Source: Marsupella aquatica (Eukaryota; Plantae; Marchantiophyta). Taken from it: a stretch of DNA of 64,000 bases. The stretch covers positions 4,888,977 through 4,952,976 of the forward strand of contig OZ316893.1 of the NCBI GenBank assembly GCA_973895155.1, given 5' to 3'. This document shows, in pieces, positions 23,821 to 38,049 of this stretch (position 1 is its first letter; each line of letters opens with the position of its first letter). A model generated the notes under the pieces. That model did no database searches. It saw only the letters and a list, made by a program, of their open reading frames with translations, and was not told where the DNA came from. A program made the translations under genes and the position numbers.

Positions 23821-26800
23821 TGTGTAGCGTCGACACCTCAGTCACTTATCGGTGGTCGAAGATGGGGTACCACCACCAAGAACTGATTCGCGTCAAGAAG
23901 CCATGCCCTGTAGTCAGTGACGATGCCCTATCGACTGCACCAAAGGAATCCCTTCCTGCATCCGTCTAAGACCAGCATTGCAAAGGCTGCAGATCATATC
24001 ACGCTCGAGAGATCCATCTTGCTCAAAACCTGCATTCGGGTAAGGAGGGCTGTGAGCTAGAGGCAGAAATCTCCAATAGACCAGCTAGGATAGCGTACAT
24101 TCATTGGTGTGAGCGAACTCAATTGAGGTGCAATGAGACAATGCAACACAGTGCTAAATTACATCAACAACATAGGGCGTCCCAACAATGCACGCAACGA
24201 GTCTCTCAATTCGGTGCTTTACAGGTAGCACTTCGGCATTGGTCACGGGCGACGCCTCCACTTTCGACGAACGTTCACTCGCTTGGCATACATCAGAGCA
24301 GAGCCGCGGATAGATGTTGTTCTTGAATCTTCTAGTTCTTGACCTTCTAAGCCACTACCTCAGTAATAATTGACTGCGACCGCAACACGGACATGAGAGA
24401 ATTTGAAGCACAATCGCGTGGGATTGCCTTCGTTTCCACGTCGAACATACCACATTGGCAACCTCCAAAGGGTATCACCAGCGCTATTCGCACACAGTTC
24501 CCCTTCCGAACACTGATAAGCTTCTCCCAGCAGCCAAGATCCAAATCAACGTGTCGCAACAAAAGCTTTCTCTAGGATCCCACTACCCGGCCCATGTATG
24601 ACACAAACGCATTGTCCAACCCATCTATCGGTAACGGAGTGCTTCACCGCTCTGCCCCAACAAAATGCCTGTCAAAGAGGCCTCCGGATCGGCTGGGCCC
24701 AGGCCAGAGCAACCAAATGCTCCGAAACAAAAGCGAACATTCATCCACACCACAATTATAAAATCTACTTCAATCCGTACCTGCTCAAAGTGCAACGGGG
24801 TTCGCACCCGGAAAACATCCGTCCAATCCAATCCAAAGATGTGCTCGCAAAGAGAAAGAAACGCTTTCTCGATCATACTTACATTTCCGTAACCTTGCTT
24901 GCCGATCGATCGTAGCTGCAATGCGTCCGAGCAACCGAAACGAAGACACATCAGCTGACGAAGCCAACCCCAGCGGCAGGCAATGAGGAATCTAAAGCCT
25001 GGTGCATACGCAGCAAGTCCTCCTCTACGTGAGAATCTAAAGCCTCGTACGAAACGAGTCCAAGCCAAGCGAAGGCGGAGAGCCTTGTGGACTCTTCTCT
25101 TTCACACAAATGGGAGAATTCTTCCAGCATCGAAAGCGCCTCCGAACAAAAGCCAATCCAAGAAGGCAAGAATGGCAAATCCAAGGAAAGCCGAAGCTGT
25201 GGGAGACAAGACAGCCTTATGCGCTTCGCAGCTGCTTGCTTTCTGTTCTTACATCAATGGGAGAATCCGAGATGAGGGCACAACGCCTACCGAAAGCCCA
25301 TTCTGCCCGTAGCAGTAGTAGTAGTAGTCGTAGAAGTAGTAGTAGAGTAGTTCCTTCTTTAGTTCTCTGGCTTCTCTGCTCTCATGACCAGACGGATTTC
25401 TAGTCGATTATAAGTTCTGCACCGACAGGAGCGGAACGGCAGCGGAGGAAGGGCGTTTGCAGGGGAGGAGGAGGCAGCGCCCGACGCCCCGACAGTACCG
25501 GAGCGCCCGGTTGACGGGATCGATGGCTCGCGAAAGGCTCGCCGGAGAGTAACAGAGACCAGTAGAATGATGAGAAAGAGAGCAGTTCCCGGTTGGCACA
25601 CTTTCTGGGAGCGGGGTGGTGGGAGCGTATAGGATTTTTGAATTTCAAGTACGGATGTGGATACTCCGTCAATCTCGCATTTTTCTTACAATACGGAACA
25701 GTACCGTATTATTAGTTCACCCCGGAATTAATTAATGGGATATACGGACGCGTCCTGTCGCCGACTGACCCGCGGGTTTAGACGTTGAGACTTGAGAGGC
25801 GATCTTGGTGACTAGCCAAACAGACAAACTGTGAGTCAATGGGGGGATTTGGAAGATTAAATTAAGTAAACTGTCTTTGTGTCTGATATGAGAGATCATG
25901 TCATAAGCAGGCTTTTATGAGCTGAATCCTCATAAATTTGCCTGGACGGAGCAAATATTCTTGCTTATTGGTTTATTACGAACTTAGCTTTAATTAAATA
26001 ACATTCTCCGCCCTTGGTTTGAGTCTACCTGGATGACCCATTGAAGGTGATTCGACTTTCTTGGATCTGCCTGTCCGCTTCCAAATACACTGCCCTTGGG
26101 ACCATCAGGTTAGCGCATGCACTAAGCCAAAAGCTAATATTTGTTTCTTTCTTTTCATGCTGGAGAATGCCATAAACAATTTCTTTGAAATTTGCTTGGT
26201 TATCTGCAAAGTATACTTTAATAAATTAGGGTTTCACATGAAAATAGTTGAAATACTCCTAAAATATGAAAAAAACCAAAAACAACAACCAAGGGTGCAC
26301 TACAAAACATACTCAAGTTCTTGCACGATAGACTGGTATTGTAGGGAAGAGGCCACCTAACAAGCCCAGGCTCCAGTATTCCCGGAACCAGTGTATTTTA
26401 TAAGGATTTTACTTTTTGGCCAGAGGCTAATGTAAAGTGTGCAAAAGAGATCCTCAAAAGATTTTATTCAATTATTTTCCTTACAGTCAGATTTCTCTAG
26501 ATTTAAGGTTGATTGTTAGATACTGGCTAATGGGGCATGTGATTAGATGGAACACTGACTAGTCATACAAAAAAATAGCAGCAAATTTTTTCCAAAAGTG
26601 GCAAAATGGGAGGTGGAATTTGGCATTTTACCCAAAAAAAAAAATTGCTGCCTCGATCCAATTTTATGTCCTAGGAGTGGTTACTTCATTGTGGCACTGA
26701 GCCCACTACACCTAAACTCTACATGTTGCTTTGCTTTGGCCTTCTTTGGCCTAGTGGTCCAACCCATCGGTGAGTTTACTTTAAAATAATTAAAAATTGT

Positions 26801-28807
26801 TAAATACCCTCAAACAAACAAAAACAATTTACTTGACCTCCAACATCCATCTGAAGCTCCCGTTACAGTAAATGTGACACATAATAGACTCTTTGTGTTG
26901 CATCCAAGGGTTTCGACAGCTAGGTCACAATGGGTAGTAGACAGAGGGGACCAACATTTTATCCCCTCCATTTTCATGTGGAGGCTGTTTCAACTGCAAA
27001 CCCCTAATGTACATGTCGCCATTTTTAGATCATTCTATACAAAAGCTAAACTACAGAAATGAAGGAAGGGTTTGAAAATCAAAATAATACATCTACTGTA
27101 GTGTTATCCAACCAAAATGCATTCAACATCGTTATTTATAGTGAAAGAGGCCTGCATGAAAATGAAAATGAGCTCTCGTTTGCAAGCCTACATAATAATA
27201 ATGACCATAAAAAGCTCCTGAATTGGGTGTGAGAAGTTACCGTGCACAAGACCTCACTTCTCACCCAGGTATGGAATGTTCGCCCAACTTGCAGATCTTT
27301 CGATGTCAGTAATTGTTCCCTTGCTTTACCTGTTGTTGTCCAGCAATTTCGGTGTGGGTGGCATGTGGCAAGTTGTGGCTGTCACCTGTAATGCTCGCTG
27401 AGTAAAATATCCCGTCCAAGCCACACACAGATACACACACAAAGAACATGATTTCTTGAGGATTTATGAACACCAACTGACCCTCCACATAGAAAATATC
27501 TGGCAATTTTAATTCAAGCAGTAACGGAAAAGTATGCGGAGTGGATCTTGACAGTGTTCAGTTTTGCCACATCATCCCCCGTCCTCGTTCTAACAGCGTA
27601 CGACTAGAGTGCCTTAGCCCTGGTTAGATTAGCGATTACCCCAATCCACCCACCCGCTATCTTGAGCCGTATGAAAGTGCCGCTGTCCTCTAGAATATTT
27701 AACCTTACAATCGTGTGAATCCCACCAGCATCCAAACATCTATATCGTTTACTCTCTCTAAGTGCACACTTGTGCGAAGAAGCATCTAACTAATTGGCGG
27801 TGTGATAAGTGCAAACCCAAAACATTGTGCAGGATAAGAGTGCACCCTCCATCAGTGAGCTGTCCCATGACTTGCAGCCCAAGTTCCCAAGTTATACGTC
27901 CGTGCTCTAATGCAGTGTTCTTCCCAGTAAGTGCAATTTTGACTCTGCTAGAACAGGACATGCACAGTAAATGCAATTTAAAGGGGCTGTGTGCTTCAAG
28001 CGTTTGCACTTCTAAAATTGTGGGTTAGCGAAAATATCTCAGGCCTCTTTGCACTTTTAAAAAAGAGTGCAAATTTCGTGTAATATAAAAGTGAAGAACA
28101 GGACGCCAGTTTTGCAGTAATGGAGTTTGCACTTATAGAGAGCTAACTGTACATCGGTAAGAAAGTCTTTGACCGTAACCAATAACGGCATCCTGCATTC
28201 CTGCCGTTTGCCTTCTTCCCATAATTTAGTAGGCAGCTGCACATAACATGATTACCAGTATCCGATCCAACGGCTGGAAGTGTCCCTCCTGCCACATGTC
28301 TCCACGAAATTGGATCTTGTAGCACGGAGGGCCAATTAAATACGCCGTGGCTTCGGTGGTCCGGACGTGCTTCGTGAGTGTGCAAAATGGCCGTTGGATT
28401 GATGAATATCGGGTCCTCGCGGGGCGACACCCGTATCTAACGGGCCGGTACTGTGCAGACTGAAACGTTTGTCCTACTGCCACTTTGTCGTTCACTCGAT
28501 CGCTCAATCACTTTCGCTTGTATTATGTTTTGTACACTTTCACTTGTGTTATATTTTGTATCGATCGATTATTAGCTATTTTTACCTTCATTTTTAGTAC
28601 GGTCAACAGACACTAGTACTGTGTTTGGATTCGTTATCCTGGGTTTTCCATTTCATGTCATGATGGACTATCTTTTTGTTCTTTTTGTTGAACGGAATCT
28701 TGTCAGATTTTCGTGACAAGACAAGTAAATTCCAAATCCAGACCCAACGGTAGAAAAAGGGGAGAATGACTTTATTATTATCAATTAGTTCAATAATTGT
28801 TACTCTA

Positions 28808-29220
28808 TAAAAGATGTCGTTTAGTAAAATGATATAGTGATGCCAAAAATGTTGTCAATAAGATGTGGTTAGGTCAAAGGTGTTATTATTTCGAAGATGT
28901 AGGGAAATAAAAAAGATGATGTTAAGTAAAAAAGCGTAGTTATGTCAAAGATGTCAAGTGAAAAGATGTCATGGCGGCAAAAATGTTGTTAAGAAAAAAG
29001 ATATCAATAAGTAAAGGGATGTTGTTAATAACAGATGTTGTGAAATAACAAAAGTTATTAAATAGAACATGTTTATTAGTAGAAGATGTTGTTGATGTAA
29101 CATCTGTCGTTAACCAAAAGATGCCCCAAAGAAAAGACGTTGTTAGCAAAAAATGTTGTTGAGGTGAAAGGAGTTGTCAAGTAAAGGGTGTTATTGTGCA
29201 AATGGTGATGTTGTTGCACA
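28808..29220. repeat. Degenerate array of AAAGATGT(C/T)GT-like motifs at ~24-bp spacing
   Basis: Repeated AAGATGTCGT / AAATGTTGT / AAGATGTTGT motifs in AT-rich DNA. Resembles a DNA-transposon subterminal array. Confidence 0.6.
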
Positions 29221-30199
29221 CCCCCAACCCATGTGTCTCTTTAAGTGCATAACTGAGTGGCAAGACATAACAACAACCAAGGGCTCGGCAGGGAGTTTGA
29301 ACCAAGGCAAGGGGCTGAGTTAGGGCCAGGGATGGCTCACTTGACACTATCCAAGTTGGGAGCACCTGGACCCGAGGTGGTCCCTCCCTGCTAGTCGTGA
29401 GGGCACTCAGAGAATAGTTTTGTGTGAGGGAGGGAGGTGGCGCGAGGGGCAAGGGTGAGTTGGGAGGGAAGTTGAGGAGTTGCCTCGCTTCGCCTTGAGG
29501 CAGCGCGCTAGGGAGGAGGGAGGAGAGTTGCAAGGGGAGTCGGGAGGAGTGAAGGGGTGGGGTTGTCACAGTGCAAGGAGGCGGATGTCGAAGGCAATTG
29601 GAGTGGAGGCAGTCCAGGTTTGGTCACCGCAGCCTACATCCAAGGGACGACATGTTTTTTGGTTGCAAAGCCTTGATTTTTTTTGCGGTTTTTAATTTCG
29701 TTCAGCCAGAACTGCCCGCCAATTTTGAATGACAACCACACCATAAATTGGTGCAAGAGTGTATTATAGTTTTCATAATGTAATGTTGTGCTAGTTAAGT
29801 AAAGCTTGGGATTGAAGACAAATCCTGAGACGCAATGGGAGGACCAACATGCCAAATGGGAGACTGAGCATCAAAGATACCTCACCCTTCCTTGTTTTCC
29901 ATGCATGCAGAGGATGAATTTAAATTCCTTTAATTAGATTATCATATTCTCTCTATCATCTAACCTATTGTGTTTAATTATTCTATTTCAATTAAATTAG
30001 TACCATTCTTACATTATGCAATATGGTAGTACCTGCCATACTCTAATTATTAATATAGAGTATCATATTCATTATATATTTTTATACACCTTGTGTAGCT
30101 CTTTTCTACCCATTTGCCGTTGAAATTTTTGGTGCTTTCCAATTTACCTTTGACCAGTTTTTATGGGTCTTTGCAGTTTTTTGTATTGAGCGGAGGCCT

Positions 30200-30590
30200 T
30201 TCCCCACTGTTTCTGTCCTCACCATCATTTTTTCGGCAGCGGGTGTATGTGGCTCTTCAGCGGGCCCAGGCTTTCACCCTCCTTCGTAGAGCTGAGGCAG
30301 TTGGTTTTAGGGCTTCCCGGCAGATTCCGCTTTGTGACCCTCCTATGCGGTTTACTCCAGAGCTCTACCAGGCTTTTCAGTTCTCCGCTCAATAGGGTGT
30401 TAGCTTTCATGGCTCCTTTGTTGGTTCCTTTTTTGGCCCTTGTTTCTTCGTTGGCTTTTGGTTGGGGTCCCCTTGGCTTGTTTTTCTTGGGGCCCTTTCC
30501 CCTCTTCTCCTTCTCTTATTGGGTTGCTTTGCCTTTGGGATCATGTCTCCTGGTTAGGCGTGTTTTGCCCTTGGGCACCGTGATATATAT
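30200..30590 (+). mobile_element. 5'-truncated CRE-like non-LTR copy (ORF C-terminus plus 3' UTR)
   Basis: Encodes FFRQRVYVALQRAQAFTLLRRA, the typical C-terminal helix after RLE domains. Ends GGCACCGTGATATATAT. Homologous to 32780-33240. Confidence 0.7.
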
Positions 30591-32779
30591 TGTGTGTGTA
30601 TCAGAAACCTCCTTAATCCTTGTGCATGAGCACCTCCCTTTTTTGTGTCCTATTGGATTCTTGTTTGGAAAACACTTGATTTACTTTTTGGTGCACACTG
30701 AATTTAATTAATATAGCCATTAACTTTTTTTGCACACTGCAAATTTGAGTGATGATCACTGTAAAAAGTGGCAAAAGATGTTATTTAGTCTTTAATGGTA
30801 GTTGACAAGGGTAGTAATATAAGGAATGCTTACATTCCAGAGAATTAGGAAGGATGTTTTTGTAAGTTTACTTTCTTCAGGGTATTGAATAAATTTTCCA
30901 AGAAAAAGATGTGATAGGGAGAAAGCTTAGCCAGGAGCACAATCAAATGTCAAGTTTATTTCCCTTCACAAAGTCACCAAACTGTCTACATACAAATATG
31001 CACTACAAGGGTGTACAAGCAGTGAGCAGCAAACTCATCATCTGACTAGAGAAAGAGCTACAAATTGCCTTGTAAGCACATTGGAATCCCACAACGCTCC
31101 TAAAGGCCATGCCCAATCTTTCTAGAATGAAGTCTCAGACTGGAATTCCTTCCAGACGGTTATCCATGAAACAAAAGGCTTCCAATATTAATAAGGGGTT
31201 GTTCAAATAGCAGATTAGTAAATCTTTGTGATGGGGCACATGATCAATGAAGAGCCCATTCTTAGACACTAAACCCGGTTATCAAACCCTGCATCATTCG
31301 CTTTGCAGATGGTGGGGAAACAGATTGAAAACACCGGAAATATGGATCACTCAGTTAACAGCATAAATATATTTTAAAGGAGGATGAGTGTTCTTAAGTA
31401 GGAAGGCACTCTACACCCCACAGAGACACGTGTACATTGCTCATCAAAGATCGAGCAAAGATACAACCAGAATAAAAATACCAATGAGGAGTTTACATGG
31501 GGAAGCTCCTTTCTAATGTATATTCTTCTTAAAAGCAGCCTCACGAGCTACATGCCGTTTAGGGTTTTTAGGGACCACATTCGCCACATTCCTTCGTATG
31601 GGACCCTAGTCATCAGATCCTACGGTTCTACTTGAACCCAGAACATCTGACAGGTTAAATGTGCTGGAAGCACCTTATCTTGAGACCCTCCTGACACACC
31701 ACCCACACCAACTTGGTCCTATGGGAGCCAAAACAATGCATTCCTGCATGCAAGGCTTTTCATTAAAACAAAAACAAATTGATTTCCAAAGTATGGACAA
31801 TTTCGCAAAGTGACTGTAGTAGTAAGTTGCAGCAATAAGAAGTGTCCCATGATAATTATTCAGTCGTTCGCAATTGGCATTGTGCCATTTCTTCTCAGGT
31901 CCCATGATAATTATTCAATCCTTCATCCTTGTTCACAACGAGCCCAATGCCCGTACTTTGCACAGTTAGCAAGGTGAGGCACGGATGGCAAGGCGAGGAG
32001 CAGAGGGCTTGTGGGGAGGTGTTTCGCCCAATCAACTGGTGCGACAGGCCTTCATTTCTTCTTGCCCTGATGACACTTTGTAAAACAGACAGTTGCCCAG
32101 AGTCGGCTAGATCTGGTATTATGGGGTTTGATTGCCCAGAGGATTGAGAATTTCTCAAAGTGACAATAGTAGTAAGGTGCAGCAATACTGAGTGTCATTT
32201 CTTCTCATCCAATCCTCCCTCTTCATGCACTATTGCTCGGGAGATGGTCCGCTCCCCAATCCACTCACAAACGGCTGCTCGTCTCCCCCCCCACTACAAG
32301 CAAAATAATATTATCCTGAGCGGTTGAGCATCATGTTTTTAAAACTCGTTCACAGACAAAGGTTATGGAGACGTTATGTCTCACACCCAGAAGACAAACG
32401 TTAGTAATAAATTTATGCCTACAGTATCTACAGAACTCTATGTAGTTTCCATAAACTGATGACGGATCGCAATCAGTGTGCATGCATTTGATGTCCCATA
32501 CAAAGAATCCAAACGCACAGTAAACGGATCGTGGTAAGTGAGATCCCATGCTAACTTTAGTGACGTTACTGGTCTCTATATACTTATTCAATTCTCTAAA
32601 AGTTTAAAATACCGTTTCTCCAGCTCCCCTTTTTAATTGTCCCCACGTAGGCTCCCATCATGTGCTTGCTTTATTTATTTTTGTCTCGACAGCAATTTAT
32701 ATCATAATCATCTACTTTCCGCTGCAATGGCAGGTATCACTTTCCGCTGCAATGCCAGGATATCATGATAAGGATTTTT

Positions 32780-33240
32780 TTTGAAAATGATACCAAGTGG
32801 GATTTGTTTTGTTTGTTTTACTGGCTTGTTTTGGAGGTAAAATGACACTCTTACAGCCTTCTTTAAACAGAGGGTGTATGTGGCTTTGCAGAGGACCTAG
32901 GCTTTCACTCTTCTTTGTAGGGCCCGGGTGATTGGTATTAGAGTCTCTAGACAGATTCCACTTTGTGACTCTCCCATGGGATTCACTTGGGAACTCTACC
33001 AAGCCTTTCAGTTTTTGGCCTAGTAGAGTGTTAGTCTTCTCTATTACTTTGCTTGTTCCTTGTTTCTGTCTTCGTTCCTTTGTCTTTGTGGGGGGACACC
33101 TTGACTGGTTTGACCTCATGATTGGTCTTCTGGTGGCCTCTTCCCCTTCTTTCAAACTTTTATTGGGCTGCTTTGCCCTTGGGACCCTGGCTCCTGGTTT
33201 GGCATTTTTGGCTCTTGGCACTATGATATATATTTTAGGG
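32780..33240 (+). mobile_element. 5'-truncated CRE-like non-LTR copy
   Basis: Encodes AFFKQRVYVALQR; colinear with 30200-30590; ends GGCACTATGATATATAT. Confidence 0.7.
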
Positions 33241-33932
33241 GCTCATTTGCCTATATATGGTGGGCATGTGCAGTCTTTTATTCAAGGCGGCTACCTTATT
33301 CCCTAGTTTCTGTTCTCAATGCCTTCTTTAGACAGCACTTGTTTGTTGTAATACGAGGGCTCAAAGTTCACTCTTCTTTGGATCGGAGGGCCAAGGCTGT
33401 TAATTTTAGGTTCTCTAGACAATTACTCTGACTTAGTTTGTAATCCTCCTTTGCTCTTTAGTCTAGGACTTCAGTATATTATTCATTACGGCTTAAGTTC
33501 CTTTGTAGTAGCAAGGGACTCAAGCTTTTTCACTCTATGGTCTTCTTGAGGGTTTCCCCTAGGTTTCTTCCATTTATTGGGTCTCCTGCCTACTCTGATT
33601 CTCCCCTTGAATTGGTCTATGCTTTACTTTTCCCTTAGTTAGATGGTAGAACAAATCACTGCAAGATAATACAATTGATGAGAACACCTTGCTAGCTTAT
33701 TCCAGGAAAATACACTCAAGCACATGAGGTCCTGCAGGCTGGTTTGAATACAGCACTAGCCTGGTGCTTACCTTTGACTTGATTGCTTCTATTGATGAGC
33801 ATGGGAAGGTGGTGCAGTCTAGATGACTACCTCATCTGTTTAATGTTGTGTGGAGGCCTGTCTTCCCACCCTTTGTTCCCTTTATGGTCCAGTCTGGCCT
33901 TTAATAAAAAATCACTGTTAATAATGATTTGG

Positions 33933-34222
33933 AAACTCGGGGTTTTCATTTTCACAAAAATAACATATCACATGCGACAAACGATGAGGTCATTTTATTG
34001 GTTCTAAGAGAAGACTTAAAAAATTTCTCAAAAAAATTAAGATATTTCAAATCCAATTCTAAAACTTATAAGTATATTATAGTTTTTAATGTTTGGGGGA
34101 ATACTCCAGAAATATTCCAATTTTATAGGGGTTAACATATATATATTACATTTTAAGGGGTCTGAGGCCTAAAACTGTTGCAGGTGATGGGGAGGCCTCC
34201 ATATAGTGAGACCCCCGAGTTT
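33933..34222 (-). mobile_element. MITE-like element, same family as 1605-2055
   Basis: 10-bp terminal inverted repeats AAACTCGGGG / CCCCGAGTTT. Body matches the reverse complement of 1608-1775. Confidence 0.65.
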
Positions 34223-34269
34223 GGAGTAACCAACAGCTTTTGAAGGGGGCACTTGTGTATTTTAAATAT

Positions 34270-34860
34270 TTTTAATTTATTTTAAAGATGTATTCCAAGG
34301 GAACAAGCAAAATACCTCGCAAAAAACAATGCCATCTGTCTGAGAGGAGAAGACAGGAAAGACCAAAAGAAATTAAGGGGGTAAAAGAAGGAGCCCACAC
34401 GGGAGCCCACCGAGAGAAGAGAAACAGGAAGAGAACTAAGCAGCCTCAAATGATAAGCAACCAGGGAAATGGACGCTGAAGGATCTGGTTCCAATTATTG
34501 CCAAATACAAAACAAGAAGTCCAAAGCGGATTGGAGTCAGAAGGGGATTAAAATGCAATCCAGAAGGGCTATGAATAGGTAGTCAAAGTAGATTAATAAA
34601 GAGTTGGATTGCCAAATTCAACTGGTATACAGATTGAAGGCAGCATCATTAGAGTGCTAACACATCATAAGATAGAAGGATATCCAGAGAAACCCAACTT
34701 GCGCCGTGCTCACCACCATATCATAGTCACTACCAACGAATGGCCAGCCCAGTGGAGAATGGAGAGAGCACATGACAACTGAGACGCACCAAGGAGAGCA
34801 ATCATGCCATGAATACAGCCAACTGAGAATCTCTGTTAAGATAGGAAAGAAGATTCAATA
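34270..34860 (-). mobile_element. Decayed CRE-like non-LTR fragment
   Basis: Minus strand gives YGGEHGAS (GGE..A.H knuckle remnant), followed by a pyrimidine-rich 3' UTR like the other copies. Confidence 0.4.
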
Positions 34861-37800
34861 CGTATCATTACTATCCAAAATTAAAAAAATGCAAGGGAAG
34901 CCAAAATCGGGACAAATTCATTTGATTGAAAGGCCAAACCAGACTTCAGGACGAGGGATTTGTGCATACTGAAGTTGCAAGTTTTGATAACTTCAATTTC
35001 TCCAATTGTCACAATCTGAGTCATCTTTAATGAATAGCTATTATCAAATGATCACTGTGAAACCCAGACGGACCACCAGGTTGGACACATAGCTCCCGTG
35101 GACCAAATTCATGGCAAGGCAACTAGACCCTAAACCACAAACCCTAATATTTCATATTAACACAATGAAAATTAATCTAATAGAACTATCCCTACATTCA
35201 TGATGAAGAACTCTACCAAAAATGCCTAAAATACACTGTCATTTGGATGGAAGTGTAGCTTACCTACTCCTCTAGCACATCCTCAAACTAGAAAAGATAA
35301 TTTTATGAAGATCAAGTTATTACAATTAAACTCAAATATTGGAAAATATGGTCATGGGGGTTGCGAAAGACCAAGTTGTGGTCTATCGGAGAATACAAAA
35401 TCACATACCCTGATAACATCAAATTTACAAATAAAATAAAAGTTACAAATGAGACAGATTTGAGTATAATTATGTATTTAAGTGACTTGTCTCTCAATGG
35501 CTTGGCCTTGCACTCATGAAGAGCATATGTACATTTGTGTGTAGTTGGCATGGGCTCCAGGAAGCCATTAAGAATAGATACTCCTCTAACAAATGGGTGC
35601 TGTTTCAGATATCGTGCAGGTTTTCCTCTCCTCGTTATTAATGGCTTTGAGATTGACAGTTAAAGTGGGACCATTCCCTACATAATTCACTGTCCTCACC
35701 TTCGATGTTGAACAGCCACTATTTAGGCTCCAGGAGGAGTACTGTAGTTCAGCTGGCTGCCCTGATCAGACGGTGAACAGTCTTTTGAAACGATTTTTTT
35801 AGACAATGGAGTTGGCAGTGTAGCCTCCCATGGGAACAACATGCTTAGGTTGCAACTCATTTTGGGAGCAATAAAGCCCAACTACTTTGCTAACAAGCAT
35901 TCAAGCGGCACTTGTATGCTGGGATTCATTTATTTTCTGGAACGGCTGTCTTAAATAATTGTATGCTGAATTTACGTATTCGAGATAAAAGTTACTTTTC
36001 CATGAAGAGCGAAAGTTGTCGGCTCTGTGACTGGTGAAATTCTCAGGATTCTTCTTGGGTATTTTTCATCCATCCTTGTACAGTAAGATGGTTTCTTGAG
36101 ATTACTGTTAACGGAGGATTTGTACATACAAGCGATGATATACCGTCAAAAAAATCTCATCTTGGTGATTCTTCATGACCAAAACAAAATCACACAGAAA
36201 ATTGGTTGGAGTGGTGCAGTCGTGTAATCTATTAACTCTTTCGATGAGGATAGATTACTTAATGAGAAAATCTAACTCTCGAAGTTCACATTGACGAGCA
36301 TACTATATCGCACTACTTGACTCTATTCTCATTCCAATTGTTATGAGAGAGTAGATCAGCAGAGTGGAGCGTTGTCAAAGCATTTGCAAAAGACAAACTC
36401 AACCTTTGTCAATTGGGCATCAAATTCACCATATTTCGAGCTTGATCTCAGTTTTTCTTTTTGGATGGTTTGATGCTCACAAGCTTAAACGGGATTTCAG
36501 TGTTGTGCATTAACTAACAAGTTCATGCCGTCTTCAAGGAGGCAGGAACAGATAAACAGGACAATGGTAATTTGATCTTCTTGGAACCTCTCAACTGCTC
36601 ATCTCCGAGAAAAGGAAAGAATGGAGAGTACAAAGGTGATTTAGGCTTTACACAAATTCGTAACTACTTGTTAATGAACTAGATTGGAATGCTTGAAAGT
36701 AAATGGTGATTTCCGCTCCGTGCTAAAATTTGATTATAATTTCTCCATGGACGTATGTGGACTAAAAGATAGGAAGTGTAACATGCCTGATGGGGAGCGA
36801 CCGTTCTCCAATGCAATGAAGCCATCTTTATCATTCTGAAGCATAGAAGAATACAGTTCTTGGGCAATGGGATCCCTATCAAAATTCTCAATAGTCTCTC
36901 CCAATTTTTGTCTACAGGCTGATGATGCCAACTTTCTCGGAGCCACATGCCTGTTAGTGACTACTTGACTGATCCACGAACCCCTTTGACTAATTGATAC
37001 TTTTGGAAACAAGTCCGAGTAGTATTTGGGCGATTTCAAGAGTTCACAGATGAGAATTAGTAGAGGGCTGACTGTTTCCTAAAGCATCGGTTCATTCAGA
37101 AACCACTGTAAGTAGTCGGTGTTCTGCAGGGAGCACAGTAATACGTCTTGTCGTTGATGGTGATTTTCACGAACATTCAAACCAGGTCAGATGTTTTCTC
37201 AACAATGCCTATGATCACCGTTCTGTGGAGGACTCACACTGCTTCGTGTATATTGAAGGTTGATTACTGCTTTCGCAGAAAAAATTATTTAGAATGCAGA
37301 TTGTTTCTGGAGGTCGGGAAAAAATGCTGTAGGGTTCGCTAGGAGCTTCGAAATGACTGCTATCGTACAGCTTCAGGTGCTGTCCGGTTCTCATTGGAAT
37401 TGTGTTTAAGACTCTTCAGGGTACAGACATATCCACTGATTCAAGTCCAGTTTTCCCGGTAAATGACCATGTCCGAGATGTTATTCACAAGGTAGTCAGT
37501 ACACTGCCATGGCTAAGCTCGCAATGAACCCTTTTATGTCTTGATTCTCACATTGCGTAGAGGAGAAAGAAATTTGGCTCGTGACAATTCTCATATCCCT
37601 GACGACTGTTCTCACATACAGGGAATCCAACATGCCTTATATATAGGTGGCTTCAAGGTTTCAATCCCAACTGCAGAAATTCCAGGGGTTATGGCAAAGT
37701 GGCTTCTTTCCCACAGTTAAAAAACGAATTAGCTTACCGGGTTTCCCTGCTCACATCTCAGAATTTGCAATCAAATTTGGGCTGCAATGAAGAAACTACC

Positions 37801-38049
37801 CTTGGCTTTGGCCTTTGGCCCATACCTCAGTGTCTCCAGAAGTGTGGAAAATTGGAGAAAGCAGGATCCAGACTCTCCTGCAGAAATGTAACGTGGGTTT
37901 CCCAAAAAGGTGGAGAATGGGAGTCCCCAAGTTTAGAATGCCACTATTTTCTCTTGCGCTAAAGCCATTGCACCTCAGAATGCGACTGGAAGCTAATTCA
38001 TCAATGGCAATGCAGTAAGGAACTCAGACAGCCAAGAGATATCTCGTCG

